Shown: one piece after another, positions 12,089 to 24,609 of the stretch | Layout of the letters: each line of letters opens with the position of its first letter | Position numbering within the stretch: position 1 is the stretch's first letter | DNA from: Macrostomum lignano | Taxonomy: Eukaryota | Direction: 5' to 3' | Assembly (NCBI GenBank): GCA_002269645.1 | Contig: NIVC01001298.1 | Span: 62,001 to 126,000 of the forward strand | DNA: 64,000 nucleotides | The notes under the pieces: model-generated | What the model saw: the letters and a program-made list of their open reading frames with translations, nothing else | Database searches by the model: none | Told to the model about the DNA's origin: nothing | Made by a program: the position numbers and the translations under genes

Positions 12089-13299
12089 TGTTGAAGATGC
12101 ATCAGCTGCAACTGTCGCAGCAGGCTGGTCGGAGTCGGGCAGTGCCCGCTGCAGCTGCTAGCAGGTGCGTGTTGTACTACTCGCTAGACAACGTTCGCAT
12201 CAGTAGTATAGTTAGGATGTTTTAGTTTTTTATTAAAATAAGTTAAATATGAATAAATGTTATATGGTTGTTTCAGTGTGTCAAAGGGAATTCCTCCCCT
12301 GTGTCGAAGGGAATTCCTTCTGTATCTAAGGGGATTCCGCCTCTGTATATAAAGTATTTCCTTCTGTCTATATAAAGGAATTCCTCCTTGGCATATAAGG
12401 GAATTCCTCCCCTGTATATAAGATAATTCCTCCATTTTTATAAGGGAATTCCTTTCCTATTATAAAGGAATTCCTCTCCTCTTTATAAGGGAATTCCTCC
12501 CCTGTATATAAGGAAATTACTCCCCTGTTTGAAGAATTTTCGCGTTGGCAATGGGAATTCTCCTGTATTTATAAAAAATTATCCGTTTTGAATGGATTTC
12601 CTGGCTCGATCTCGTTTCTTTTAGAAAAATCTTCCCATGCCAATTTGGCGCTAAGTTCTTTGTTTGACTTTCACCAACCCCCCCCCTTTCCGCAGCAGCA
12701 GTTGCAGTCCCACCGCCCCAGCCGCAGCAGCGCAGTCCAACTCGTCATTGCGCCGGCGTCGCTACGAATCCGGCGGCAGCGTCAGCGTCAACTCGGACGA
12801 CCTGATGCTCGACACCGACGTTGGCAACCTGCTGGACGAAGAGGACCTGCTGTCCGAGCTGGGCACCCCCGCCGCCGAGGGTCCTCCCAGCGCCTTCCCT
12901 CCCGCAGCCGGTGCGGTCAGGACCAGCGGCAGTTTTCGTCGGACGGCGTCGCTCAGGCAGCGGCGCCAAGCTCTGCTGTCGTCTACGGCAATGTCGCACT
13001 CGATGACCTCGGCAACGCAGCAACGGCCAAGGTCGATATCGTCGCCGCCGCCGCCAGCTGATGACGCTGTGCTGGTGGGCGGGTCGGATCTGCGGCAGCT
13101 GGCTCAGGAGGCGGCGGCGATGAGGCTCGCGCTGCTGAGGCTGCGCCGCCAGCTCATGAACGACGAGCCCGTGTCGGATGCCGCCGGCTCGGGGGTGTGC
13201 GCTGCTTGCGGCCTGGACGCCAAGCGAGTTCGTCTGCTCGAGACTCGAGTAGCTGAGCTGCAAGCTGAGGCTGACCGACTGCGGACTGCGGCGGAGTAG
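12089..13299 (+). pseudogene. 5'-truncated duplicate of the CCSER-like gene: last 76 nt of the penultimate exon, intron and intact terminal exon 12696-13299
   Basis: Donor retained at 12164/12165, acceptor at 12695/12696, terminal ORF intact; in-frame TGA at 12073 upstream and in-frame ATG at 12097. May be expressed rather than dead. Confidence 0.7.
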
Positions 13300-16053
13300 A
13301 GCTGCGAGGATTTGGGAGATAATCTTGGAACTATTCTGCCTCCCCGAGGTCTTTGTTTTCTAATCCGATTATTCCAGAATCAGATTGTCATATTCCAAAA
13401 AATCTTAATCTTCAGATTCCTAGAAATCCCCAATCTTCAGATTCCTAGAAATCCCCAAATCTTCAGATTCCTAGAAATCCCCAATCTTCAGATTCCTAGA
13501 AATCCCCAATCTTCAGATTCTTAGAAATCCCAAAATCTTTAGATTCTTAGAAATCCCCAAATCTTCAGATTTTCAGAAATCCCCTAATCTTTAGATTCTT
13601 AGAAATCCCCAAATCTTCAGATTCTCAGAAATCCCCAAATCTTCAGATTCTCAGAAATCCCCAAATCTTTAGATTCTTAGAAATCCCCAAATCTTTAGAT
13701 TCTCAGAAAACCCCAAATCTTCAGATTCTTAGAAATCCCCAAATCTTCAGATTCTCAGAAAACCCCAAATCTTCAGATTCTTAGAAATCCCCAAATCTTC
13801 AGTTTCTCAGGAATCCCCAAATCTTTAGATTCTCAGAAATCCCCAAAACTTCAGATTCTCAGAAATCCCCAAATCTTCAGATTCTTAGAAATCCCCAAAT
13901 CTTCAGACTCTCAGAAATCCCCAAATCTTCAGATTACCAGAAATCCCAAACCCCAGATACTCAGAAATCGCAATTTCAACTCGCAGCAGTTCCTATTAGT
14001 CACAACATGTACTTTATATAAAGCCTATTTTTATCAAATTAAAGGTCACCTGCTATCTTAATTATACTTATTATGTATTTTCATACCAACAATTTTAGTC
14101 AAGCCAAATGCAAGGCTTACATGGAGCACAATACATCCATCTAATCTTAAATTATTAGTGTTTTTTGCATAATTTTCTCTGCATGAATCTCTTTAATCAG
14201 ATTTTGTTTATAGTTATTTTTAAGCATTTAACTTATTAACTCGCAGTTTCATTCTTATTTTCATTTGTATTCCACCTATTTATAAAATGCTATATTAGCA
14301 CAACTGGACTGACTACTTATGGTAGAATTGCATGCAAATCAAAATTGCGTGTGGTTGGCTTTGAACTATTGTTTACATTGCTCAAACAAATTGAGGAGAT
14401 TCGATTTAATTTAAATCTCTTATCTATTAGTATTTACCTGGCTTGTTTACGCATGTGACCATGGTTTATAGAGCCTTGAGATAAAAGTCAGATCGCTGTT
14501 GGTCATTTATATCTATCAGCTTGCCTTGCCTTAATCTTGCTTAACCCATTTTGTATTTATAGCGCGATTGAGATTCGCCACGTATAGATCAGTTCTTGGC
14601 TTTTAAGGGTGCTTTTTTCAGCTTCCGATTCCTTAGGGCTGTTTTGGGGTGAGGGCGATTCCTTAGGGCTGTTCTGGGGTGAGGGCGATTCCTTAGGGCT
14701 GTTCTGGGGTGAGGGCGATTCCTTAGGGCTGTTCTGGGGTGAGGGCGATTCCTTAGGGCTGTTCTGGGGTGAGGGCGATTCCTTAGGGATGTTCTGGGGT
14801 GAGGGCGATTCCTTAGGGCTGTTCTGGGGTGAGGGCGATTCCTTAGGGCTGTTCTGGGGTGAGGGCGATTCCTTAGGGATGTTCTGGGGTGAGGGCGATT
14901 CCTTAGGGATGTTCTGGGGTGAGGGCGATTCCTTAGGGCTGTTCTGGGTGAGGGCGATTCCTTAGGGCTGTTCTGGGGTGAGGGCGATTCCTTAGGGCTG
15001 TTTTGGGGTGAGGGCGATTCCTTAGGGCTGTTTTGGGGTGAGGGCGATTCCTTAGGGCTGTTCTGGGGTGAGGGCGATTCCTTAGGGCTGTTCTGGGGGG
15101 TGAGGGCGATTCCTTAGGGCTGTTCTGGGGGGTGAGGGCGATTTCTTAGGGCTGTTCTGGGGGGTGAGGGCAATTCCTTAAGGCTGTTCTGGGGGGGGGG
15201 GGGTGAGGGCGATTTCTTAGAGCTGTTCTGGGGTGAGGGCGATTCCTTAGGGCTGTTCTGGGGTGAGGGCGATTCCTTAGGGCTGTTCTGGGGTGAGGGC
15301 GATTCCTTAGGGCTGTTTTGGGGTGAGGGCGATTCCTTAGGGCTGTTCTGGGGTGAGGGCGATTCCTTAGGGCTGTTCTGGGGTGAGGGCGATTCCTTAG
15401 GGCTGTTTTGGGGTAAGGGCGATTCCTTAGGGCTGTTCTGGGGTGAGGGCGATTCCTTAGGGCTGTTCTGGGGTGAGGGCGATTCCTTAGGGCTGTTTTG
15501 GGGTGAGGGCGATTCCTTAGGGCTGTTCTGGGGTGAGGGCGATTCCTTAGGGCTGTTTTGGGGTGATTAAGTTAAGGGTTTTGATAAAAAAACAGTCTTG
15601 ATCCTTAGACGGCCTAGTCTTAGTTCTATATAGCTAATAGTATGCTAATAATGCTATGCATGTTACCCATGCTTAATCGGTCGCTAAATAAATCTTTGTT
15701 GCTATTATATATGCCTTAAAACTGCTTCCATTATGCTTAATCTTCGTGCCCAAACAGACCTGTTGTGACTAGTAAAGTATGCAGTTACTGTATACAATAT
15801 TTCCGTTGTTAAGAAAGTGCAATAATTATTTATGTCAATGATTGATTTATAACTTATGGTAACGGTCAGTCGCACACTTGTACGATATGATAACTGATTA
15901 TAACACAGATATTCATATGCTATTGCAACACGTGCTGCAATATTATTGGCAAATTTATGTTAGAAAATGTTTTCTGCTCTTGTTTTGCAAGTAAAAAAAT
16001 TCTCGACCCAAGAAAATCTTTGTGTTTTCGATTGTTCGTTTTTTACTGGAAGA

Positions 16054-18280
16054 TTGGGGCGATTCTACAAGGTGTGAGGGCGATTCTACAGATGGTGTGA
16101 GGGCGATTCTACAGAGGGTGTGAGGGCGATTCTACAGAGAGTCTGAGGGCGATTCTACGGATGGCAAGAGGGCGATTCTGCAGAGGGCGTGAGGGCGATT
16201 CTATAGAAAGTGTGAGGGCGATTCTACAGAGAGTCTGAGGGCGATTCTGCAGAGGGTGTGAGGGCGATTCTACAGAAAGTGTGAGGGCGATTCTACAGAG
16301 AGTCTGAGGGCGATTCTACGGATGGTGTGAGGGCGATTCTGCAGAGGGTGTGAGGGCGATTCTATAGAAAGTGTGAGGGCGATTCTACAGAGAGTCTGAG
16401 GGCGATTCTACAGATGGTGTGAGGGCGATTCTACAGAAAGTGAGAGGGCGATTCTACAGAGAGTCTGAGGGCGATTCTACAGATGGTGTGAGGGCGATTC
16501 TGCAGAGGGTGTGAGGGCGATTCTATAGAAAGTGTGAGGGCGATTCTACAGAGAGTCTGAGGGCGATTCTGCAGATGGTGTGAGGGCGATTCTGCAGAGG
16601 GTGTGAGGGCGATTCTACAGAAAGTGTGAGGGCGATTCTACAGGGAGTCTGAGGGCGATTCTACGGATGGTGTGAGGGCGATTCTGCAGAGGATGTGAGG
16701 GCGATTCTATAGAAAGTTTGAGGGCGATTCTACAGAGAGTCTGAGGGCGATTCTACAGATGGTGTGAGGGCGATTCTACAGAAAGTGAGAGGGCGATTCT
16801 ACAGAGAGTCTGAGGGCGATTCTACACATGGTGTGAGGGCGATTCTGCAGAGGGTGTGAGGGCGATTCTATAGAAAGGGTGAGGGCGATTCTACAGAGAG
16901 TCTGAGGGCGATTCTACAGATGGTGTGAGGGCGATTCTGCAGAGGGTGTGAGGGCGATTCTACAGAGAGTCTGAGAGCGATTCTACAGATGGTGTGAGGG
17001 CGATTCTACAGAAAGTGAGAGGGCGATTCTACAGAGAGTCTGAGGGCGATTCTACAGAGGGTGTGAGGGCGATTCTGCAGAGGGTGTGAGGGCGATTCTA
17101 CAGAAAGTGTGAGGGCGATTCTACAGAGAGTCTGAGGGCGATTCTACGGATGGTGTGAGGGCGATTCTGCAGAGGGTGTGAGGGCGATTCTATAGAAAGT
17201 GTGAGGGCGATTCTACAGAGAGTCTGAGGGCGATTCTGCAGAGGGTGTGAGGGCGATTCTGCAGAGGGTGTGAGGGCGATTCTACAGAAAGTGTGAGGGC
17301 GATTCTACAGAGAGTCTGAGGGCGATTCTACGGATGGTGTGAGGGCGATTCTGCAGAGGGTGTGAGGGCGATTCTATAGAAAGTGTGAGGGCGATTCTAC
17401 AGAGAGTCTGAGGGCGATTCTACAGATGGTGTGAGGGCGATTCTACAGAAAGTGAGAGGGCGATTCTACAGAGAGTCTGAGGGAGATTCTACAGATGGTG
17501 TGAGGGCGATTCTGCAGAGGGTGTGAGGGCGATTCTACAGAAAGGGTGAGGGCGATTCTACAGAGAGTCTGAGGGCGATTCTGCAGAGGGTGTGAGGGCG
17601 ATTCTGCAGAGGGTGTGAGGGCGATTCTGCAGAGGGTGTGAGGGCGATTCTATAGAAAGTGTGAGGGCGATTCTACAGAGAGTCTGAGGGCGATTCTACA
17701 GATGGTGTGAGGGCGATTCTACAGAAAGTGAGAGGGCGATTCTACAGAGAGTCTGAGGGCGATTCTACAGATGGTGTGAGGGCGATTCTGCAGAGGGTGT
17801 GAGGGCGATTCTATAGAAAGTGTGAGGGCGATTCTACAGAGAGTCTGAGGGCGATTCTACAGAAAGTGTGAGGGCGATTCTACAGAGAGTCTGATGGCGA
17901 TTCTACGGATGGTGTGAGGGCGATTCTGCAGAGAGTCTGAGGGCGATTCTACAGAGGGTGTGAGGGCGATTCTGCAGAGAGTCTGAGGTCGATTCTACGG
18001 ATGGTGTGAGGGCGATTCTACAGAGGGTGTGAGGGCGATTCTATAGAAAGTGTGAGGGCGATTCTACGGATGGTGTGAGGGCGATTCTGCAGAGGGTGTG
18101 AGGGCGATTCTGCAGAGGGTGTTAGGGCGATTCTATAGAAAGTGTGAGGGCGATTCTACGGATAGTGTGAGGGCGATTCTGCAGAGGGTGTGAGGGCGAT
18201 TCTACAGAAAGTGAGAGGGCGATTCTACAGAGGGTGTAAGGGCGATTTTTCAGTGGGTGTGAGGGCGATGTTACAGAGAA
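16054..18280. repeat. 23-bp minisatellite, copy 2, longer and with 3-4-mer higher-order structure
   Basis: Variants gatggtgt/gagggtgt/aaagtgt/gagagtct recur in ordered cycles. Confidence 0.95.
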
Positions 18281-19060
18281 TGATGGGGCTATTCTACAGA
18301 CTATAAGAAGTCAGATTCTTACTGGGACGATTGTGGAGATACGTAGCTCTCCGTACATGTATAACTCACTTGAGGCTATACGAAATCATTTTCATATTTC
18401 TTGAAACCGTGGATATCCAGAGCCACTAAATTCCTTCCTTCCGCAGTCAAGAATTTCGCAGTGGATTGCCGCATTCTCGAGTGAGGGTTCATACGTGTGT
18501 GAACGTGATGGGTCAGATGAATGAGAGCCTTCAGGATGAGAGTCTTCAGGGTGAGATGAATGAGAGTCTTCAGGGTGAGATGATGAATGAGAGTCTTCAG
18601 GGTGAGATGAATGAGAGTCTCCAGGGTAAGATTAATGAGAGTCTCCAGGGTAAGATTAATGAGAGTCCACGGGTGAGATGAATGAGAGTCCACTGGGGAG
18701 ATGCATGAGAGTTGCTGATATCTCTATGCATCGGTAAATACACACGCACACATGCCACACAGGTAATCTGCGCGACTATAATATGCATGGCAGGCTCAGT
18801 AGCCCAAGCTGCAGCCCGAGAGAACAGGGGGGCCCAACGTGTCTTCTCGGATTGCCGCCCATCCTTCCCCCCCCCCACCCTGTGAAGCGATATGTGTCGG
18901 CCGAGAATAGAATAACCAAGCGCAAGCATCTGAGGAGATGGGAAGCGATTATAAATTATAATTCAGAGCCGAGTCCAGCCATTGGACGGCAGGTTCGAGA
19001 GCCGTGCGGTGGCTTAAATATACAGATGCATGCTTTTTTAGTCCCCCTGCTCACCTGCAG

Positions 19061-19286
19061 ATGTTTAATTTGATTCCCATTTCCAACCGTGTGAGCCGTG
19101 TTGTTGTTGCTGGGAGAACATGTGGGGCCGCAATCAGAGCATTCGGTCTCGAGGCGGAGGCGGCGGATTCTATGGCCTGAACTCCAGCTCGGCTGGTTAC
19201 AATCGGCGCAGTTTTGGCTCAGCTCTGGGGGGCCAGACGGTGACTTCCAGGTCTTCCTCGCTGCACCGGGCCAAGTCGGACTCCAG
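19061..19286 (+). CDS. Duplicate of the candidate first exon (ATG 19120)
   Basis: Same splice signals; one A-to-S change relative to copy 1. Confidence 0.45.
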
Positions 19287-21214
19287 GTGAGGGAACTGAT
19301 CGAATTTGTGATTGACATTTTCATCTCGTGAATTGATGGTTAATCTGTGAACTCTAACCTAGCTGCCAATATTTATCTGTCCCATGAGTTCATTCTGAAA
19401 GTGTGAATGTTAATTGACATGTATGAATGTGTGAATATATTCTGTGAATAGACAATGCATGTGTGAATCAATTCCGTGAATAGATCATGAATGTGTGAAC
19501 CAATTCTGTGAATAGATCATGAATGTGTGAACCAATTCTGTGAATATATCATGAATGTGTTAATCTATTCCGTGATTAGATCATGAATGTGTGAATCAAT
19601 TCCGTGAATAGTTAATGAATGTGTGATTCAATTCCGTGGATAGATAATGAATGTGTGAATCTATTCTGTGAATAGATCATGAATGTGTGAATCCATTCCG
19701 TGAGTATATCATGACTGTGTGAATCAGTTCTGTGAATAGATAATTAATGTGTGAAATGTGTGAATTTTTTAGTTCATCCCGTGAATATATAAATTTAGTG
19801 ACTGTGATTCCTCCTCTCTTGTCCAATTCAATAACAACTTCTTTGCTAAGCTTGTTTTTTATCAACTTTTCGTGTCTCCCCTGGTTGACAATACAAAAAA
19901 GTAAAAAAGCAGCTCATTAGGGAAAGAAAACTTGAAGCAGGCATTCCTGACTTGCTCGAATTTCAGGGCTTAAAGACGGCATCGGGAGCCACTCTCTCCT
20001 CCCCTTCTTTGCTAAGAGTAGCCTCTCCCCTCTCCTTTCTCTCTCCTCTCCCCTCTCCTCTCGCCTTCTCCTCTCCCCATCGATCACCTCTCTTATCTCC
20101 TCTCTCCCTTCTCATTTCTCCTCTCTCTTCTGTCCCCTCTCCTCTCCCTCTCCCCTCCCCTCTCCTCTCCCCTCTCCCCTCCCCTCTCCTCTCCCCTCTC
20201 CTCTCCCCATTCCCCTCCCCTCTCCTCTCCCCTCTCCCCTCCCCTCTCCTCTCCCCTCTCCTCTCCCCACTCCTCTCCCTCTCCTCTCCCCTCTCCCCTC
20301 CCCTCTCCTCTCCCCTCTCCTCTCCCCTCTCCTCTCCCCTCTCCTCTCCCCTCTCCTCTCCCCTCTCCTCTCCCCTCTCCTCTCCCCTCTCCTCTCCCGT
20401 CTCCCCCTCCCCCCTCCCCTCCCCTCTCCTCCCCATCTCTAATCCCCTATCTCCCCTCTCCTCTCTTTCTCCTCTCTTCTCTGCCCTCTCCTTTCTCCAT
20501 CTCCCCTCTCCCCTATCGTGTCTCTTTCATCTCACTTACGTTTGATCTCCTTAGTATTTTATATTGCCGCTCCCGTTTGAACGTCTGTCTGTATCGATAC
20601 GGTCAGGCAAGGCAGCAGATAAGCTTATTACCGAAATGGTGCGAATATTTACACGCAGTTAATAAGGCTGGCTGCATTTGCTTAAAAGTACAAAACTGGC
20701 TGCAAAGGAAGGCAGCAGGAAGCTGCACTCCGCTGGGCGTGTCTAAGAGAAGCTCAATGGAAAGTGGGCGAGCAATGCAGGCTCGTAGGCTGCAGCTTAT
20801 GAGCTTAGCTGGATGCCTATTTGGCGGGAGTCTGCTTCTGCACAAGACGGCTTCCTCTTCGAAGAGTCATTTCCAGTCAATGAGCATTGAGAGAGACAGG
20901 GGGGGAGAGTTCGTCTGAGCTAGGCGCCTCTTGTATGCTGGAGGAAAAACATTGAGAGATCTGGCACACAGGCAGGTAGCTAATCGAACGGGTTTCGAGC
21001 AGCAATAGACGGTCAGCTGTGATAGCTGCTTGCCCTAGCAACAGGATCAATTTCCCTTATCATGGAACTTTAGAAACGAACTCTACAGAAACTCTAAAAG
21101 ATGAAGACACTGGTAACGGAAGTGCATCAGATGTTTGAGTGACTCTAGGTGGATTTTTAGCAGACTGGGCTGAAAACGAAGGTGCAATAAAGGCAAGTAT
21201 AGCCTAGGAGAGGG

Positions 21215-21780
21215 AATGGGTGACAGGGAAGAGGAAGAGAGGGGAGAGAGGGGAGAGAGGAAAGAGAGGGAGAGAGGGAAGAAGAGGAAAGAGGGGAGAG
21301 GGGGAGAGAGGGGGAGAGAGGGGAGAGAGGAGGAGAGGGGAGAGAGGTCAGAGAGGGAGAGAGGGGAGAGAGGGAAGAGAGGGGAGACACGGAGAGAGGA
21401 TAGAGGGGGAGAGAGGAGAGAGAGGGGAGAGAGCGGAGAGAGGGGAGAGGGGGGAAAAAGTTCGAGAGAGGAGAGAGGTCAGAGAGGGAGAGAGGGGAGA
21501 GAGGGAGAGAGAGGGGAGAGAGCGGAGAGAGGGGAGAGAGCGGAGAGAGGGTGGAGAGGGGAAAAAGTTCGAGAGGGGAGAGAGGTCAGAGAGGGAGAGA
21601 GGGGAGAGAGGGAGAGAGAGGGGAGAGAGCGGAGAGAGGGGAGAGAGCGGAGAGAGGGTGGAGAGGGGAAAAAGTTCGAGAGGGGAGAGAGGTCAGAGAG
21701 GGGCGAGAGGGAGAGAAGGGAGAAGAGGGAGAGGGGAGAGGGGAGAAGGGAGAGAGCGGAGAGAGGGGGGAGGGGGAGAA
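21215..21780. repeat. Polypurine (G/A) low-complexity tract with internal ~74-bp duplications
   Basis: gagaggggagag motifs; aaaagttcgagagg...ggtcagagaggg block repeated three times. Confidence 0.9.
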
Positions 21781-22092
21781 TGAAGATTTGCAAGCAGAAA
21801 CACTTCAAATTAGCGAGCAGGAAGGTTATTTTGCGCTTTTTTTCAACCGCGAGTGTTCATGCGTAAGGATTTCTTTTCTCTATTCTTAAGTAGCAAAAAG
21901 CATTCATTTTCCTCTTTACTAATTAGGCCAACCTCGAGCAGCCGAGAGCTCTGCCGTGAGCACAAAGTGCTTGTAAATTAATGGCGTATTGAATAAAGCC
22001 TTCCTAAATTGTGCGCCACTGCCTTTTAATGGACTAATTCACTACTGTTCTCAGTAGCATTCACAGTAGTATTATCAGAGTATCTCTGTGGC

Positions 22093-22900
22093 ACTAATCT
22101 GGGATCTCATTGTGGCCCCTCCGATCTGGGATTTCATTGTGGCGCCGATCTGGGATCTCATTATGGCGCCGATCTGGGATCTCATTATGGCGCTGATCTG
22201 GGATTTCATTGTGGCGCCAATCTGGGATTTCATTGTGGCGCCGATCTGGGATCTCATTATGGCGCCAATCTGGGATTTCATTGTGGCGCCGATCTGGGAT
22301 TTCATTGTGGCGCCAATCTGGGATCTCATTATGGCGCCGATCTGGGATCTCATTATGGCGCTGATCTGGGATTTCATTGTGGCGCCAATCTGGGATTTCA
22401 TTGTGGCGCCGATCTGGGATCTCATTATGGCGCCGATCTGGGATCTCATTATGGCGCTGATCTGGGATTTCATTGTGGCGCCAATCTGGGATTTCATTGT
22501 GGCGCCGATCTGGGATCTCATTATGGCGCCAATCTGGGATTTCATTGTGGCACCGATCTGGGATTTCATTGTGGCGCCGATCTGGGATCTCATTATGGCG
22601 CCAATCTGGGATTTCATTGTGGCGCCGATCTGGGATTTCATTGTGGCGCCGATCTGGGATGTCATTGTGGCACCGATCTGGGATCTCATTATGGCGCCGA
22701 TCTGGGATCTCATTATGGCGCCGATCTGGGATTTCATTGTGGCGCCAATCTGGGATTTCATTGTGGCGCTGATCTGGGATTTCATTGTGGCACCGATCTG
22801 GGATGTCATTGCGGCGCCAATCTGGGATGTCATTGTGGCGCCGATCTGGGATTTCATTGTGGCGCCGATCTGGGATGTCATTGTGGCGCCAATCTGGGAT
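22093..22900. repeat. 24-bp minisatellite (atctgggatttcattgtggcgccg), ~34 units
   Basis: Direct inspection. Confidence 0.95.
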
Positions 22901-23294
22901 GTAATTTGTATCTCAATTTGAACCAATTATAATTATTATTTATCTGTGGCACAAAAGTACCAATGTGAATCGCCTCTGTAGAAGTGAAGAGGCCCGGCAA
23001 TTACGATCACTGCGATGGCAAGCCACTCAGAACCGCCACTTGCCATATTTGTTACTCAATGCAGTCTGTGCCATGCTATTATGGGGGCTGAGTGGCTGAA
23101 GATAAGATGTTTATCAATGACCTGTTTATCACCCCCACTCGCATCGGATCATAGCTACCCTTGCATTTGAGTTATTTAGTCATCAGACTTTCTGCCTGAG
23201 TAGTTTATTTAATTGCATGAAACAACGAATGCCTTCTTAAGATTGTATCAATTTCCGTGATCCCATTAAATACGATTGCATCTTATATACTTTC

Positions 23295-23968
23295 GCTTCA
23301 TCCTGCATGATCCCATCCCTATCCTGCATGATCCCATCCCTACCCTATATGATCCCATCCCCATCCTATATGATCCCATCCCCATTCTATATGAACCCAT
23401 CCCCATTCTATATGATCCCGTCCCCATCCTATATGATCCCACTGCAACCTATATGATCCCACTGCAACCTATATGATCCCATTCTTATTCTATATGATCC
23501 CATCCCTATCGAATATGATCCCATCCTAATCCTATATGATCCCATTCTCATCCTACATGATCCCATTCTCATCCTACATGATCACATTCTCATCCTACAT
23601 GATCCCATCCTCATCCTACATGATCCCATTTCCATCCTACATGATCCCATCCTCATCCTACATGATCCCATTTCCATCCTACATGGTCCCTTTTCCATCT
23701 TATCTGATCTCATCCCCATCCTACATGATCCCATCCTCATCCTACATGATCCCATCCTTATCTTATCTCCTTTTCCTTTTCCCATTTTGCATAATCCAAC
23801 TCCAATCCTTTTCTCCATGATGCCAAACCTACATGATCCCATCCTCATCCTACATGATCCCATCCTTATCTTATCTCCTTTTCCTTTTCCCATTTTGCAT
23901 AATCCAACTCCAATCCTTTTCTCCATGATGCCAAGCCTACATGATCCCATCCTCATCCTACATGATCC
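23295..23968. repeat. ~21-bp minisatellite (atcctacatgatcccatcctc)
   Basis: Direct inspection. Confidence 0.9.
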
Positions 23969-24609
23969 CATCACACATTGATTTATTAAGCATCATCCTC
24001 TGACATGGCACTGTAGAAACTTTCACAGCCATAGTGGAGGGGCAGCCAAGTGTCCAGACTCGAAATTCACGGCCAAATCCCGGTATCAGTCGGACATCTT
24101 GAAACGCACTTCTGGCACAATGCACGAAAAGTGTGCATGCAAATGTACACATGCAGTTCCCTCGTAACCTCTTGCGCGGCTCCGCACCCACAGGGAAGGC
24201 AGGTAAGGTTGGACACTGTTTCACCAGCAAGCAAAAGCAGAGGCCGCAAGTCTGCTTTCGGCTTTCTTCCCCAATTTCCAAAAGCTGGTAAAGGGTCGCG
24301 TCCCACGCCAAGCCCTTTGCACCAGCGTGGCGAGCGAATAAAAGGCAGCGGCAACGAATCCCTGTCTTTAACAGCCACCTCTCTGCTGTCAAGGACCTCT
24401 GATTAGGGATGGCACCTGGACTGGAAGCCGAACAATGCACGAAACTAACATCTTGGCTAAATAACTGCATCTGAGGCATCCAACTTTCTAAAAGTCCGTT
24501 GCTTGCATGATTTTAATGCATTTCTTGCGTTAAATGGAAAATAATTCCTCAGTAACAAAATCCGTCTTACACAATTCCATTCCAATCCCATCCAACATCC
24601 CATTCATAC

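Larger units (their letters stand above)
12089..21020 (+). repeat. Tandem segmental duplication, copy 2 (~8.93 kb)
   Basis: Starts tgttgaagatgcatcag, identical to 3214 onward (offset 8875); exon differs by 3 substitutions in 604 bp by eye; arrays differ in length. Confidence 0.95.

Noticed and set aside
22075-22926. Repeat ORFs on both strands (SQIGATMK / APIWDFIV)
   Set aside because: A 24-bp unit without stops opens frames automatically; no splice or domain support.
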